A stretch of DNA of 57,628 nucleotides. Source: a virus. Taxonomy: Duplodnaviria > Caudoviricetes. The notes beneath the pieces are model-generated. The model searched no databases, was not told where the DNA came from, and saw nothing but the letters and a program-made list of their open reading frames with translations. The stretch is taken from IMG/VR virus record IMGVR_UViG_3300048833_000443, positions 1-57,628 of that record, one strand, 5' to 3'. Both the position numbers and the translations under genes were made by a program. Shown piece after piece: positions 9,100-17,250 of this stretch. Position 1 is the first letter of the stretch, and every line of letters starts with the position of its first letter.

Positions 9100-9569
9100 A
9101 GTCCCTCCTCCGTGAGCTCGTCGATCGCCTTCTTGATGTCGGCTTGGAGCGACTCCAGCGACGCCACCGCACCGATCCCGTCGTGGTCGCGAAGCACCCA
9201 GTGCTCGGACTGGATGGAGCGCACCTCGAGCGTCACGCCATCCAACAGCTCGAGCACGTTGTGGAGATCGTTCACCTGACGTGCACGGCGACGACGGTCG
9301 AGCTCCTTCTTGAGCTGGTCGTCGTCGTAGTGCTGCAGGTGCTGCACGTCTCGGTACACAGCGACCTCGTCACCGTGATCGAACTCACGGTAGTGCCCCT
9401 CCTTCGAGACGGTGAGGCGCCACTTGGGTCCGCCGCCGACGTCCACACCCGCCGGCTCTTCCATGATCGGGTACGTCCTCTCAGTCGTCGGGTCTTCGAA
9501 GTCGGTGGTGATCAGGTGGTCACCGATGCGAACCCGGGTGACCGGGATCATGAGTCGTTCGAGAGTCAT
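9096..9569 (-). CDS. Hypothetical protein
   Basis: Preceded by a leader variant (hairpin + CAGGACG...GGAAGGAC). Confidence 0.7.
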   Translation of the reverse strand: MTLERLMIPVTRVRIGDHLITTDFEDPTTERTYPIMEEPAGVDVGGGPKWRLTVSKEGHYREFDHGDEVAVYRDVQHLQHYDDDQLKKELDRRRRARQVNDLHNVLELLDGVTLEVRSIQSEHWVLRDHDGIGAVASLESLQADIKKAIDELTEEGL

Positions 9570-9630
9570 CTTACGTCCTTCCATCTTTCGTCCTGCCCGC
9601 TTGTGCGGACTTCTACGACCGTACCACAGG

Positions 9631-11892
9631 TCAGATCCCGTACGAGTTCACTTGGGTCGGCAGCACCTTGAGACCGTTCCAGGAGATGGGACGAGTCGAT
9701 CGAGCCTTCACGAACCCACGCTCCTTGAGCTTGATGCCGAACGACGTCGATGTCATCGGCCGTTCGCCGTTCTCCTGGCACCACGACGTGTAAGCGAGGT
9801 AGAGGTCCTTCGACGAGGTGAGGGCGCTCTGATCCGACACGTCGATCCTCTCCTCGAGGAACACAGAGAACTTGTCTTGCTCCTCGCGGTACTCCGCCGT
9901 GTCCTCCTCGACAACGAGGCACGTACCCAAGCCGGCCTGCTGCCAGAGGAGGCAGCCTCGGACCGCCCAGGCGAGGAACGCACGAGCCACTTCCGATGAC
10001 GGGTCCTTCATCATGGCCTTGAGCCGCATGTCCTGCTGCGCCTTCGGCACCTCGACCGGGAACGGCACGCGCTTGATCCGACGCCAGATCGCGTCATCGT
10101 ACGCACGGGGCGCGTGGTTCGTTGCGATCCACAGCTTGAACGTCGGGATGAACTCGAAGCGCGTCTTGTAGAGCTGACGAGCGGCGATCTTGTCGCCACC
10201 AGTGAGCTGCTTGACGAGCGCCTCGGCGAACCGCTGACCTTCCTCGATCTCAACGGTGGCGACCATGCGAGCTCCGAGCATCGAGGCAAGCTCATCCTTC
10301 GGAGCCTGGGAGCCGCGCATGTGAACGAGCGTGTCGGCCTGCGTTGTCATGGACAGCTCGCCCAAGACCGTCTGCATCCCATCGACGAACGTGGACTTGC
10401 CCGAGGCCTTCGGGCCGTAGATCATGAAGAACACCTCCTCGACGGTCAGGCCCGTGAGGGTGTAGCCCACGGCGCGCTGGAGGTACGCCTGCAGGTCGGT
10501 GTCGCCCTGCGTCACCGAGTGCAGGTACTGGTCGAAGATGGCTGACGTGGCGCTCGGATCGTACGTGACGTGTGATCGTCGCGTGATCATGTCAGCTCGC
10601 CGGTGCTCACGAAGCTCTCCGGTGCGCAGGTCCACGGTGCCGTTCTCCACAGCGAGGATCATCGGGTCCTTGTCGAAGTCGTGCACGGACGACACGAGCA
10701 GCGGGTCGGTGCGAGCCAGCGTGACCATCGCTTCGATGCGCTGCCGTGACTCTGACGCCTTCGCCCAAGCGAGCCACCGCTCACGCTCATCGCCGGACTG
10801 CCGAGCTGCGTACGTGAACATCGTCGCCACAGTCTGCTTAGCGAGTTCCTTGTGCCGACCCAGCTCATCGACTCGCCACTTCGTCCCATCCCAAACGAGC
10901 CAGTCGAGCTGTGACGCGTACCGCACGTCGTTCTGGTGCTCGTTGGCGAACCGCTTGGCGTTGCCGACGTCGGTGTCCTTGGTGTCCGGCGGTGGCGGCG
11001 GTGCGCCTTCCTGCGGGCCTGCCGCAGCCGTGGGATCCCAGTCCGGGAGCGGGTCGGGCTCCACCTCGCCCCACACGCGATCGAGCTTGCGAACGACCTC
11101 CTCCCAGGGCCACTCATCGCCGGGTGGCTGCTCCGACTCGGACCAGTGGCGCTTGAGCTCCTCAAGCGCGTCCTGGTACGACCAGTCCATCTTGCGAAGC
11201 TCGAACGCCCGGGAGTTGAAGAAGTGGTCACGCGCGCCCTTCGGCGGGCCGGTTCGACAAGCCTCACGGTAGTCGTACGCGGGAGCCGGGGCTCCGTCTC
11301 CGCCGTGTCCTGTCCTGACTCTCGATCGTGCCCCTCTGAGATGCCCGAGAAGCGGCTCCGCGACCGTTGCCGCAGGATCCGTCGACATCCAGCGATACGA
11401 GCCGCCAGAGACGTGCGAAGACGGCGCGACGAGGACGTAGCCGCCCTCGGCCTTGATGTCGACGCAGGGCAGCCAGCCGGTGGCGTTCTTGATCCCCCCG
11501 GGCCACGTGTAGAAGAGGTGGCGTCCACCGGACCCGGTCTCCGCCTCGAGCGTGCTGGGGATCTCCACGCCATTGGCCTCCGCCCAGGCCTGCAGCTCGA
11601 TGTGACCGTCGGTGTCCTCACCGATGTCGAGATCCACGACGAACAGGTTCGTCCCAGGCCCGAGCGCGACGGCGATGTTCGCCTGCGGCCAAGTGTTCCA
11701 CCACTCACGAACGACTGCAGGATCGCATGACGCGTTCTCCAGCTTGCGCCCCATCTTGACCAGCGGGTGCTTGCCTGGCGCGGTGCAGAACGGGTTGCCA
11801 CAGCCGCACATGCCGTCGGAGGTCCAGAAGATGGGGATCACGCGCCAGCCCTGCTCCGCGTAGGAGAGTGCGTGCTTCTTCATCATGCTCAC
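9631..11892 (-). CDS. Bifunctional primase-polymerase fused to a D5/P4-family SF3 helicase
   Basis: Prim-Pol motifs GWRVIP, PGKHP, VVDLD, TGSGGRHLFY, GGYVLVAPSSH; TDVGNAKRF; Walker A GPKASGKST; VKQLTGGD, TNHAP, AIWRR. Confidence 0.95.
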   Translation of the reverse strand: MSMMKKHALSYAEQGWRVIPIFWTSDGMCGCGNPFCTAPGKHPLVKMGRKLENASCDPAVVREWWNTWPQANIAVALGPGTNLFVVDLDIGEDTDGHIELQAWAEANGVEIPSTLEAETGSGGRHLFYTWPGGIKNATGWLPCVDIKAEGGYVLVAPSSHVSGGSYRWMSTDPAATVAEPLLGHLRGARSRVRTGHGGDGAPAPAYDYREACRTGPPKGARDHFFNSRAFELRKMDWSYQDALEELKRHWSESEQPPGDEWPWEEVVRKLDRVWGEVEPDPLPDWDPTAAAGPQEGAPPPPPDTKDTDVGNAKRFANEHQNDVRYASQLDWLVWDGTKWRVDELGRHKELAKQTVATMFTYAARQSGDERERWLAWAKASESRQRIEAMVTLARTDPLLVSSVHDFDKDPMILAVENGTVDLRTGELREHRRADMITRRSHVTYDPSATSAIFDQYLHSVTQGDTDLQAYLQRAVGYTLTGLTVEEVFFMIYGPKASGKSTFVDGMQTVLGELSMTTQADTLVHMRGSQAPKDELASMLGARMVATVEIEEGQRFAEALVKQLTGGDKIAARQLYKTRFEFIPTFKLWIATNHAPRAYDDAIWRRIKRVPFPVEVPKAQQDMRLKAMMKDPSSEVARAFLAWAVRGCLLWQQAGLGTCLVVEEDTAEYREEQDKFSVFLEERIDVSDQSALTSSKDLYLAYTSWCQENGERPMTSTSFGIKLKERGFVKARSTRPISWNGLKVLPTQVNSYGI

Positions 11893-12248
11893 TGCCAGTG
11901 CACCTCGATCTTCGGCGTGCCGAACTTGTGTGGGTCGAACGGTCGTCCGCCCGTCTTGAACTTGAAGAACTCGCTGAGCTCGTGGGCCTCGTTCTGGACG
12001 ATCATCTCAAACACCCAGCGGAGGCATGCGGCCTCGGACTCTTGCGCCGCCTTGGGGCACGGGGCGCGCCAGACGTACGGCCGCGCCGGCAGTCGTGGGT
12101 CATCGGCGTCCTCGTCCACGAAGACGATCACGAGCTCCTGCTCAGACATCATCTCGTCGTTGAGGATCCGACCCGCGACCCAGGGCTCTACGGTCAGAGC
12201 GTGGCACCGGTACTCGACCGACGCGACGACTTCGTCGAGGATCGTCAT
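11889..12248 (-). CDS. Hypothetical protein with HExxE motif
   Basis: ATGA overlaps; EAHELSEFF...PFDPH. Confidence 0.65.
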   Translation of the reverse strand: MTILDEVVASVEYRCHALTVEPWVAGRILNDEMMSEQELVIVFVDEDADDPRLPARPYVWRAPCPKAAQESEAACLRWVFEMIVQNEAHELSEFFKFKTGGRPFDPHKFGTPKIEVHWQ

Positions 12249-13153
12249 CGGGGGAAGAGGCTGTCGACCTCGTCCTTCGTCCACGTGAACGGTTCTCGGC
12301 CCCAACGGTGCAGGGTCTCGCCGAGGCTGATCATGGAGAAGATCTGGACTTGCGAGCCAGGACCGCTCGACACGCCGGACGGCTTCACCATCGAGCCGCC
12401 GTAGTTGCGCCGAAGGTAGACCCGAGGCGCGTCATGCTGCTTGGCCACGATCTCGAACAAGAGGCCAGTCTCGTCCTCGAAGAAGTAGGCGCGGTCGGTG
12501 GAGACGCCGAGCAGCAGGCTCTGCGGCTCGACGGTGAGGCCAAGGCACATGAAGATGGCACGGCCTGCTACGGCTCGCGTTCGGGCCACCATCTTCTGAC
12601 GACGGAGTTCCTGCTCCTCCTGACGAGCGTCATGCGCGGCGAGAGCCTTGTCGATCAGCGACGGTGTGCGGCTCGGCTCGAACCGCTCGAGGAGCGCCAC
12701 GCACAGCGGCGACTCCCGCAGGTTGCGCTTGATGTCACCAAGAGACAGCGACGACGCTCCCGTGAGGAACGTCTCGATCTTCCGAGGCCACGACTTGCCG
12801 ACGTAGCACGCCCAAGCCAGCGCGTAGTACCTGGGCGCCTCGTCCAAGATGAACGAGTACACGCGACGAGCGTGCTCTGGCGTCATGTCATCGACGGCCC
12901 AGCGCTTCCCTCGCGCGTCACCCCACCACACCTCCTGGACCATGCTCCCGTGGTCGTGCGTGAGCCACAGGACCTCGGCCCGCTTGCGCTCGTGCTTGGC
13001 GAGGGCGTCGAGGAAGTCCATCCCGATCGAGAGCACCGTGGTGCAGAGGTCCGTGCCAGTCATCTCGATCTCGAGAGTCGGCGTCCCGTCGGCGTCCACG
13101 TCGGTGATCACCACCCGGGTGCCTTCGTTGAGTTCATACGTCGTTTGCATCAT
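12245..13153 (-). CDS. Hypothetical protein
   Basis: ~302 aa, preceded by AAGACGGAAGGAC. Confidence 0.7.
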   Translation of the reverse strand: MMQTTYELNEGTRVVITDVDADGTPTLEIEMTGTDLCTTVLSIGMDFLDALAKHERKRAEVLWLTHDHGSMVQEVWWGDARGKRWAVDDMTPEHARRVYSFILDEAPRYYALAWACYVGKSWPRKIETFLTGASSLSLGDIKRNLRESPLCVALLERFEPSRTPSLIDKALAAHDARQEEQELRRQKMVARTRAVAGRAIFMCLGLTVEPQSLLLGVSTDRAYFFEDETGLLFEIVAKQHDAPRVYLRRNYGGSMVKPSGVSSGPGSQVQIFSMISLGETLHRWGREPFTWTKDEVDSLFPR

Positions 13154-13221
13154 TCGTCCTTCCGTCTTACGTGATTCCCGTGACAGGGTCTGCACGGCTT
13201 GCTTGGAACTTCAACCGTAGC

Positions 13222-13485
13222 TCAGAGCAGCACGGCCCGCTCACGCGCTGGCTCGCGATCTCCAACGCGGCGCTGACGCGCGATGCGACGCCGCGATCGC
13301 TCAGACTCACCACCCCAGATCCCGTGGTTCTCGTGCTCGAGTAGCGCGTACTCGAGACACTCGTGCTGCACCGGGCAGCTGTGGCAGATGCGGCGTGCCT
13401 CGTCCTGGTGACGTGGCTGGTCCGAGAACCACAGGTCCGGTCCATACGGCACGCACGCTCCTAGTGACTTCCAAGGTAGGTCCAT
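13222..13485 (-). CDS. whiB: WhiB-family Fe-S transcription factor
   Basis: WKSLGAC...PDLWF...ARRICHSCPVQHECLEYAL...GIWGG. Confidence 0.95.
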   Translation of the reverse strand: MDLPWKSLGACVPYGPDLWFSDQPRHQDEARRICHSCPVQHECLEYALLEHENHGIWGGESERSRRRIARQRRVGDREPARERAVLL

Positions 13486-13736
13486 ACCAAGCACCCCTTC
13501 CAGATCACGTGCGGCGGGAGCCGCACTCCTTCTTCACGAACACGAACCACATCGTGGTTCGTTGGCTCAACCACTGCTGGGAACTGCCGACCTCCGAGTC
13601 GGACGTGGTACCCAGACGGAATGTCACCGGCATACACGAGAGACCACCCGTCCCAGTTGGTGAAGCCCCCGCCTGGCGAAGCGAGACGCTCACGACCGTT
13701 CACGGTGACCACGTGGGTGTCAGTCCTCATCTTCAC
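13461..13736 (-). CDS. Hypothetical protein
   Basis: 91-aa ORF filling a gap on the coding strand. Confidence 0.45.
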   Translation of the reverse strand: MKMRTDTHVVTVNGRERLASPGGGFTNWDGWSLVYAGDIPSGYHVRLGGRQFPAVVEPTNHDVVRVREEGVRLPPHVIWKGCLVWTYLGSH

Positions 13737-13848
13737 GCCGCTCCATCCGTCGCTCCCAAAGGGCGAACCCGACCATGCCCCACAGGAAGAACGCGACCAG
13801 CACCGCTGCGATGTACACGCCGCTGTTGGTGACAGCGATCGCGATCAC
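13720..13848 (-). CDS. Small membrane protein
   Basis: GTGA overlap; single hydrophobic helix. Confidence 0.5.
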   Translation of the reverse strand: MIAIAVTNSGVYIAAVLVAFFLWGMVGFALWERRMERREDED

Positions 13849-14099
13849 GGGTTCACCACGAGTCGCTGGCCCTTGCCCGTTCCGAGCGTCGGGTACATCC
13901 GGTAGGCGTGCCAGTGGTCGACGCACCCATGCGCCCATGGTCCCATGCGCGTCTTGAAGTCGTACATGGCCGGGACCGACCCGTCGCCCAGGAGGGTCCG
14001 GCAGAAGTCGCAGGTCGGCAGCACTGTGACCGCAACCTCGCTCCCAGGAGGAGGAGCGATGGCGGGCTCCCCCTCCCGGGCGATCTCATTGGAGCTCAT
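13845..14099 (-). CDS. Small Zn-finger-like protein
   Basis: CDFC...YDFKTRMGPWAHGC..H...LGTGKGQ. Confidence 0.7.
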   Translation of the reverse strand: MSSNEIAREGEPAIAPPPGSEVAVTVLPTCDFCRTLLGDGSVPAMYDFKTRMGPWAHGCVDHWHAYRMYPTLGTGKGQRLVVNP

Positions 14100-14689
14100 C
14101 AGAACTTGCTCCCGCAGACTGGGCCGATGCCGTTGGCGATCGACCGCTCGTCGGTCAGCGTTGCGCCGCAGACGCAGCACGAGCCGTAGAGCGCGCCCCA
14201 CTCCTTGGCTTCCTCGAGGCTCATCTTGTCCTCGGCCGTGAGACGCCGCACCATCCCGGGAGCGTACTCGAACTCATGAGTCTTGGTCTTGGTCTTCATC
14301 ACGACCGGCTCGTCGAGCGCCACGAGCCGCTTGGCGTAGAGGTTGCCAGACCCGTGGACCGCCCGCTGGACCTTGTAGATCTGACCGTCCTTGCGGTACA
14401 TCCCCTCCGTGACGGGCTCGGCGTCGGGCGCCTGCTGCGCCTTCGGCTTGCGAGGGCAGCCCATGAGGAGGTCGATGAAGTTCGAGGTCGCCTTCTTGGT
14501 GGAGAAGACTGCGTCGAGGAACGTCTCGGTGACCGTGATGTTGGTGGACGCGATGTCCTTCTCGTCCAGCAGCCGCCGTACGAAGGCAACCTGCTTCTCC
14601 GTAGCCGCCGGCTGATCGAGGCGGGCAGTCCCGCGCCCGTGCACCTGCGATCCGTAGGTGCGATCCTTGGTGGGTACCTGCAGAGCCAT
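14099..14689 (-). CDS. DUF6011-like Zn-finger protein (first gene after P4)
   Basis: C-terminal CCVCGATLTDERSIANGIGPVC; N-terminal ATEKQ motif. Confidence 0.8.
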   Translation of the reverse strand: MALQVPTKDRTYGSQVHGRGTARLDQPAATEKQVAFVRRLLDEKDIASTNITVTETFLDAVFSTKKATSNFIDLLMGCPRKPKAQQAPDAEPVTEGMYRKDGQIYKVQRAVHGSGNLYAKRLVALDEPVVMKTKTKTHEFEYAPGMVRRLTAEDKMSLEEAKEWGALYGSCCVCGATLTDERSIANGIGPVCGSKF

Positions 14690-14734
14690 GTCCTTCATCC
14701 TTCCGTCCTGCCGGCGCTGTTGCCGACAGGAACC

Positions 14735-14763
14735 ACCATAGCACAAGCCCGTGGGGAAGTCAA
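14735..14763 (-). promoter_or_regulatory. SigA-type promoter P4
   Basis: TTGACT-17nt-TATGGT with TG extension. Confidence 0.8.
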
Positions 14764-14773
14764 CAAGTTCATC

Positions 14774-15199
14774 TCATACCGGCCAAACGTAGGGCAGGTC
14801 GTCGGGCAGGCCTTCCTCGAACAGGGAGCGGTACACGTCCGGCGCCTTCCGCAGCAGGTTCGATCGGTGAGACAAGTGGAGTGCTTCGTTGCCAAGCCAA
14901 GGCGGCCGTGGGTCGGTGTGTGTCACAACGAGCTGGTGGTCGACCCACATGTTCTCCCAGGCTCCATGGTTCTTGCCTCGCCTACGCCGCCACTCGTCGT
15001 TCATGGCATCGGCGTAGTCGAGGAGCCAAGACAGGTGCCTACGCCACATGCGGACCGCCGGGTGGTTCTGCCAGCCGTAGGTCGGGTCGGTGATGGCACG
15101 CCCGATCTGGCGCGCCTCGATGATCTGCTTGCCGAGGCGCCGCAAGTCGAGGGCAGCTGCCGACTCCTCGAAGCTCTCGTGAGGAAGGAAGGTCTGCAT
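14774..15199 (-). CDS. MSMEG_6728-like / pyrimidine-dimer glycosylase (T4 endonuclease V) superfamily protein
   Basis: MQTFLP...LDLRRLGKQ..EA.QI...GWQNHPAVRMW...PPWLG...HLSHRSNLLRK...YVWP. Confidence 0.85.
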   Translation of the reverse strand: MQTFLPHESFEESAAALDLRRLGKQIIEARQIGRAITDPTYGWQNHPAVRMWRRHLSWLLDYADAMNDEWRRRRGKNHGAWENMWVDHQLVVTHTDPRPPWLGNEALHLSHRSNLLRKAPDVYRSLFEEGLPDDLPYVWPV

Positions 15200-15348
15200 C
15201 AGCCAACCATCCGCACGATGAGGAGAACGCCGATACCGTTCTCGATCAGGTTGGCGCCTGCCCACCAGCCGTAGAGCTTGGTGAGGAATAGGCCGGCCAA
15301 GATCAGCCAGCCTGCGCCGACGATGAGCCGTCGTCTCGTTGCTTCCAT
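15199..15348 (-). CDS. Small membrane protein (49 aa)
   Basis: Conserved leader then ATG; hydrophobic; TGATG overlap. Confidence 0.6.
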   Translation of the reverse strand: MEATRRRLIVGAGWLILAGLFLTKLYGWWAGANLIENGIGVLLIVRMVG

Positions 15349-15454
15349 GGTGTGTCCTTCCGTCCTGGGAAGTTACCTTCCCGTGTCATCTGATCTCGGC
15401 GCTCTTCCGTGCGCCAGTCGTACGGGACCTCATGCCCCATCACGACGAGCCGCA

Positions 15455-15868
15455 TCACGGTGCGACCGGCTTCTTGGTCTTGTCGAACAGGATGCGGTCC
15501 GGCGTGATGTACCGGTTGTTCCTGTGGTTGGGCAGCGGCCCTCGCACCGTGACGTACTCCTGCGACGATGAGTGGTAGTACGACACGAACTCGAACCGCT
15601 TGCGCGGCAGCCCTTCGATCCGCACCACCGTCCCAGGGATGGTCTCACCTTCATCACCCGTGGAGCTGGCCTTGAGCCCGCGCCACTCCGTGAGCTTGAC
15701 CTCCGCACCTTCCCAGTCGGCGTCGGACTGGTCAGCGGGCGGGGCCACCGTGTCCTGCGACTCGCTCTGAACCTCGTCCAGGATCTCCTGCAGCCGCCCC
15801 TTCGGGTAACTGACCGGACCGGTGTAGCCGGCGGTACGGAGGGCCTTCAGCAGCTCGTCCCGGGTCAT
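15455..15868 (-). CDS. Hypothetical protein with N-terminal GYTGPVSY module
   Basis: 137-aa ORF, ATGA overlap. Confidence 0.7.
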   Translation of the reverse strand: MTRDELLKALRTAGYTGPVSYPKGRLQEILDEVQSESQDTVAPPADQSDADWEGAEVKLTEWRGLKASSTGDEGETIPGTVVRIEGLPRKRFEFVSYYHSSSQEYVTVRGPLPNHRNNRYITPDRILFDKTKKPVAP

Positions 15869-16599
15869 CGGCCGAGCGCCCGGTTCGAGCCGCCAACCCG
15901 GCGGTGTCCGACGTCGGCACGCTGCCCGTCCGAGCGGCCCGCCCGGGTGGCTGCGCCGTTGACCTTGGTGGACCGGGCGGTGCCCAGTCGCCCGTGCGCT
16001 GCGGCGACCGCAGCGTCGACCTTGTCCTTGCGGTCGACCAGCACCAGGGAGACGCCCGGCTCACCGGACTTGTGCTCCGCGACGGCGGTGCGCATCGACT
16101 CACGCAGCTTGGTGGCGGCGCCCTCGCCGTAGCCGATGATGTACGACTTGCGAGCTTGGAACTTCTCCGCAGCCGTCCACCAGCTGCTGTCTTGCGCGCC
16201 CCACCACTGCTTGAGCGATCGGCTGGCCTGCACCATCACGCTGGTGAACAGGATGTCGAGCCGCTCGAGGTCGGAGTGGAAGCCGTGCACCCTGGCTCGC
16301 AGGTTCTTTGAGCCGCCGCTCGAGTACTGGATGACCCGGCAGTTGAGCTCACGAGCGAGAGCGTTGAGCATCAGGATGTGCGCCTTCGAGTAGATCCCGG
16401 TGAGGTCGTACGTCTTGTCTTCGACGTCGTCGGCATTCTTGCCCGCCGCCGCGTTGAGCATGATCTCGTCGATCGCGTGCTTGGCTTGGAGGTCAGCTGC
16501 CTTTGCGAAGAACGCCTCAGCCTCCTCCGGGCTGCCGGCCCGCTCCGCCTTTGCCAGCAGCTTGATGATCCGCTGCGTGATCGTGTCTTGGTCTGCCAT
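15865..16599 (-). CDS. DUF2786 domain protein (first gene after P5)
   Basis: RIIKLLAKAE...EEAEAFFAKAADLQAKHAID; RKSYIIGY. Confidence 0.85.
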   Translation of the reverse strand: MADQDTITQRIIKLLAKAERAGSPEEAEAFFAKAADLQAKHAIDEIMLNAAAGKNADDVEDKTYDLTGIYSKAHILMLNALARELNCRVIQYSSGGSKNLRARVHGFHSDLERLDILFTSVMVQASRSLKQWWGAQDSSWWTAAEKFQARKSYIIGYGEGAATKLRESMRTAVAEHKSGEPGVSLVLVDRKDKVDAAVAAAHGRLGTARSTKVNGAATRAGRSDGQRADVGHRRVGGSNRALGR

Positions 16600-16645
16600 C
16601 TTGCTTGTCCTTCCGTCCTGGCCGGTGATTCCGGCCGATGAGAAC

Positions 16646-16674
16646 ACCATAGCACATCTTCTCGTGGTGTGCAA
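16646..16674 (-). promoter_or_regulatory. SigA-type promoter P5
   Basis: TTGCAC-17nt-TATGGT with TG extension. Confidence 0.75.
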
Positions 16675-16694
16675 CAGGTTCTTACAAATGACAA

Positions 16695-16748
16695 CGAGCG
16701 ACGGGCGACCTCTCCCGGGTGTGGGCAGGAGCTGTCGCCCGCCGCTCG
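16695..16748 (-). terminator. Long hairpin terminator
   Basis: CGAGCGGCGGGCGAC...GTCGCCCGTCGCTCG followed by TTGTCATTT, immediately after the 16750 stop. Confidence 0.65.
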
Positions 16749-16749
16749 A

Positions 16750-17169
16750 TCAGGCGGCGGCCTCGGCGTAGGCCGGCTGCCGGGTGCCGTTGAGCACCTT
16801 CACGACGCGGCCGGCCTTCTTGAGGCGCCACACGGAGATGTACGCGGCCTTCTCCGTGATGTCGAGCGCGGAGGCGATCGACACGGTGGTGATGCCGGTG
16901 GGACCGGCCGCCTTGATCGCGCCGAGCACACGCTCATCACGCGCCTGGACGAACGCGTCCTTGGGCCGACCACGACCGCGCTTCTCGCCGGCGCTCAGCT
17001 CGGGGGTCGAGGCGGCGGCGTAGGCCTTCCCGTCCTTGACCACGGCGCCCGCCGCCTCGAGGCTCTTCACAGTCTTCCGCACGGTGGTCTCCGACTTGCC
17101 AGTGATCTTCACGAGCTCAGCGACCGTCTTCGGGCCGTTCACGAGAGCGGCTTTGATGTTCTCTTCCAT
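16750..17169 (-). CDS. Tandem winged-helix DNA-binding protein with a central AT-hook
   Basis: TVAELVKITGKSETTVRKTVKSL; KRGRGRPK; IASALDITEKAAYISVWRL. Confidence 0.75.
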   Translation of the reverse strand: MEENIKAALVNGPKTVAELVKITGKSETTVRKTVKSLEAAGAVVKDGKAYAAASTPELSAGEKRGRGRPKDAFVQARDERVLGAIKAAGPTGITTVSIASALDITEKAAYISVWRLKKAGRVVKVLNGTRQPAYAEAAA

Positions 17170-17212
17170 CTTGCTTGTCCTTCCGTCTTGCCGGTGTTGG
17201 CGAGTAAGTCCT

Positions 17213-17241
17213 AACCTAACAAGACCACGTGGTCCTGTCAA
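17213..17241 (-). promoter_or_regulatory. SigA-type promoter P6
   Basis: TTGACA-17nt-TAGGTT. Confidence 0.8.
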
Positions 17242-17250
17242 AGCACACCA

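Noticed and set aside
5003-17192. Repeated GGCAGGACGGAAGGA as a CRISPR-like array
   Set aside because: Copies are kilobases apart and always precede start codons; there is no repeat-spacer periodicity
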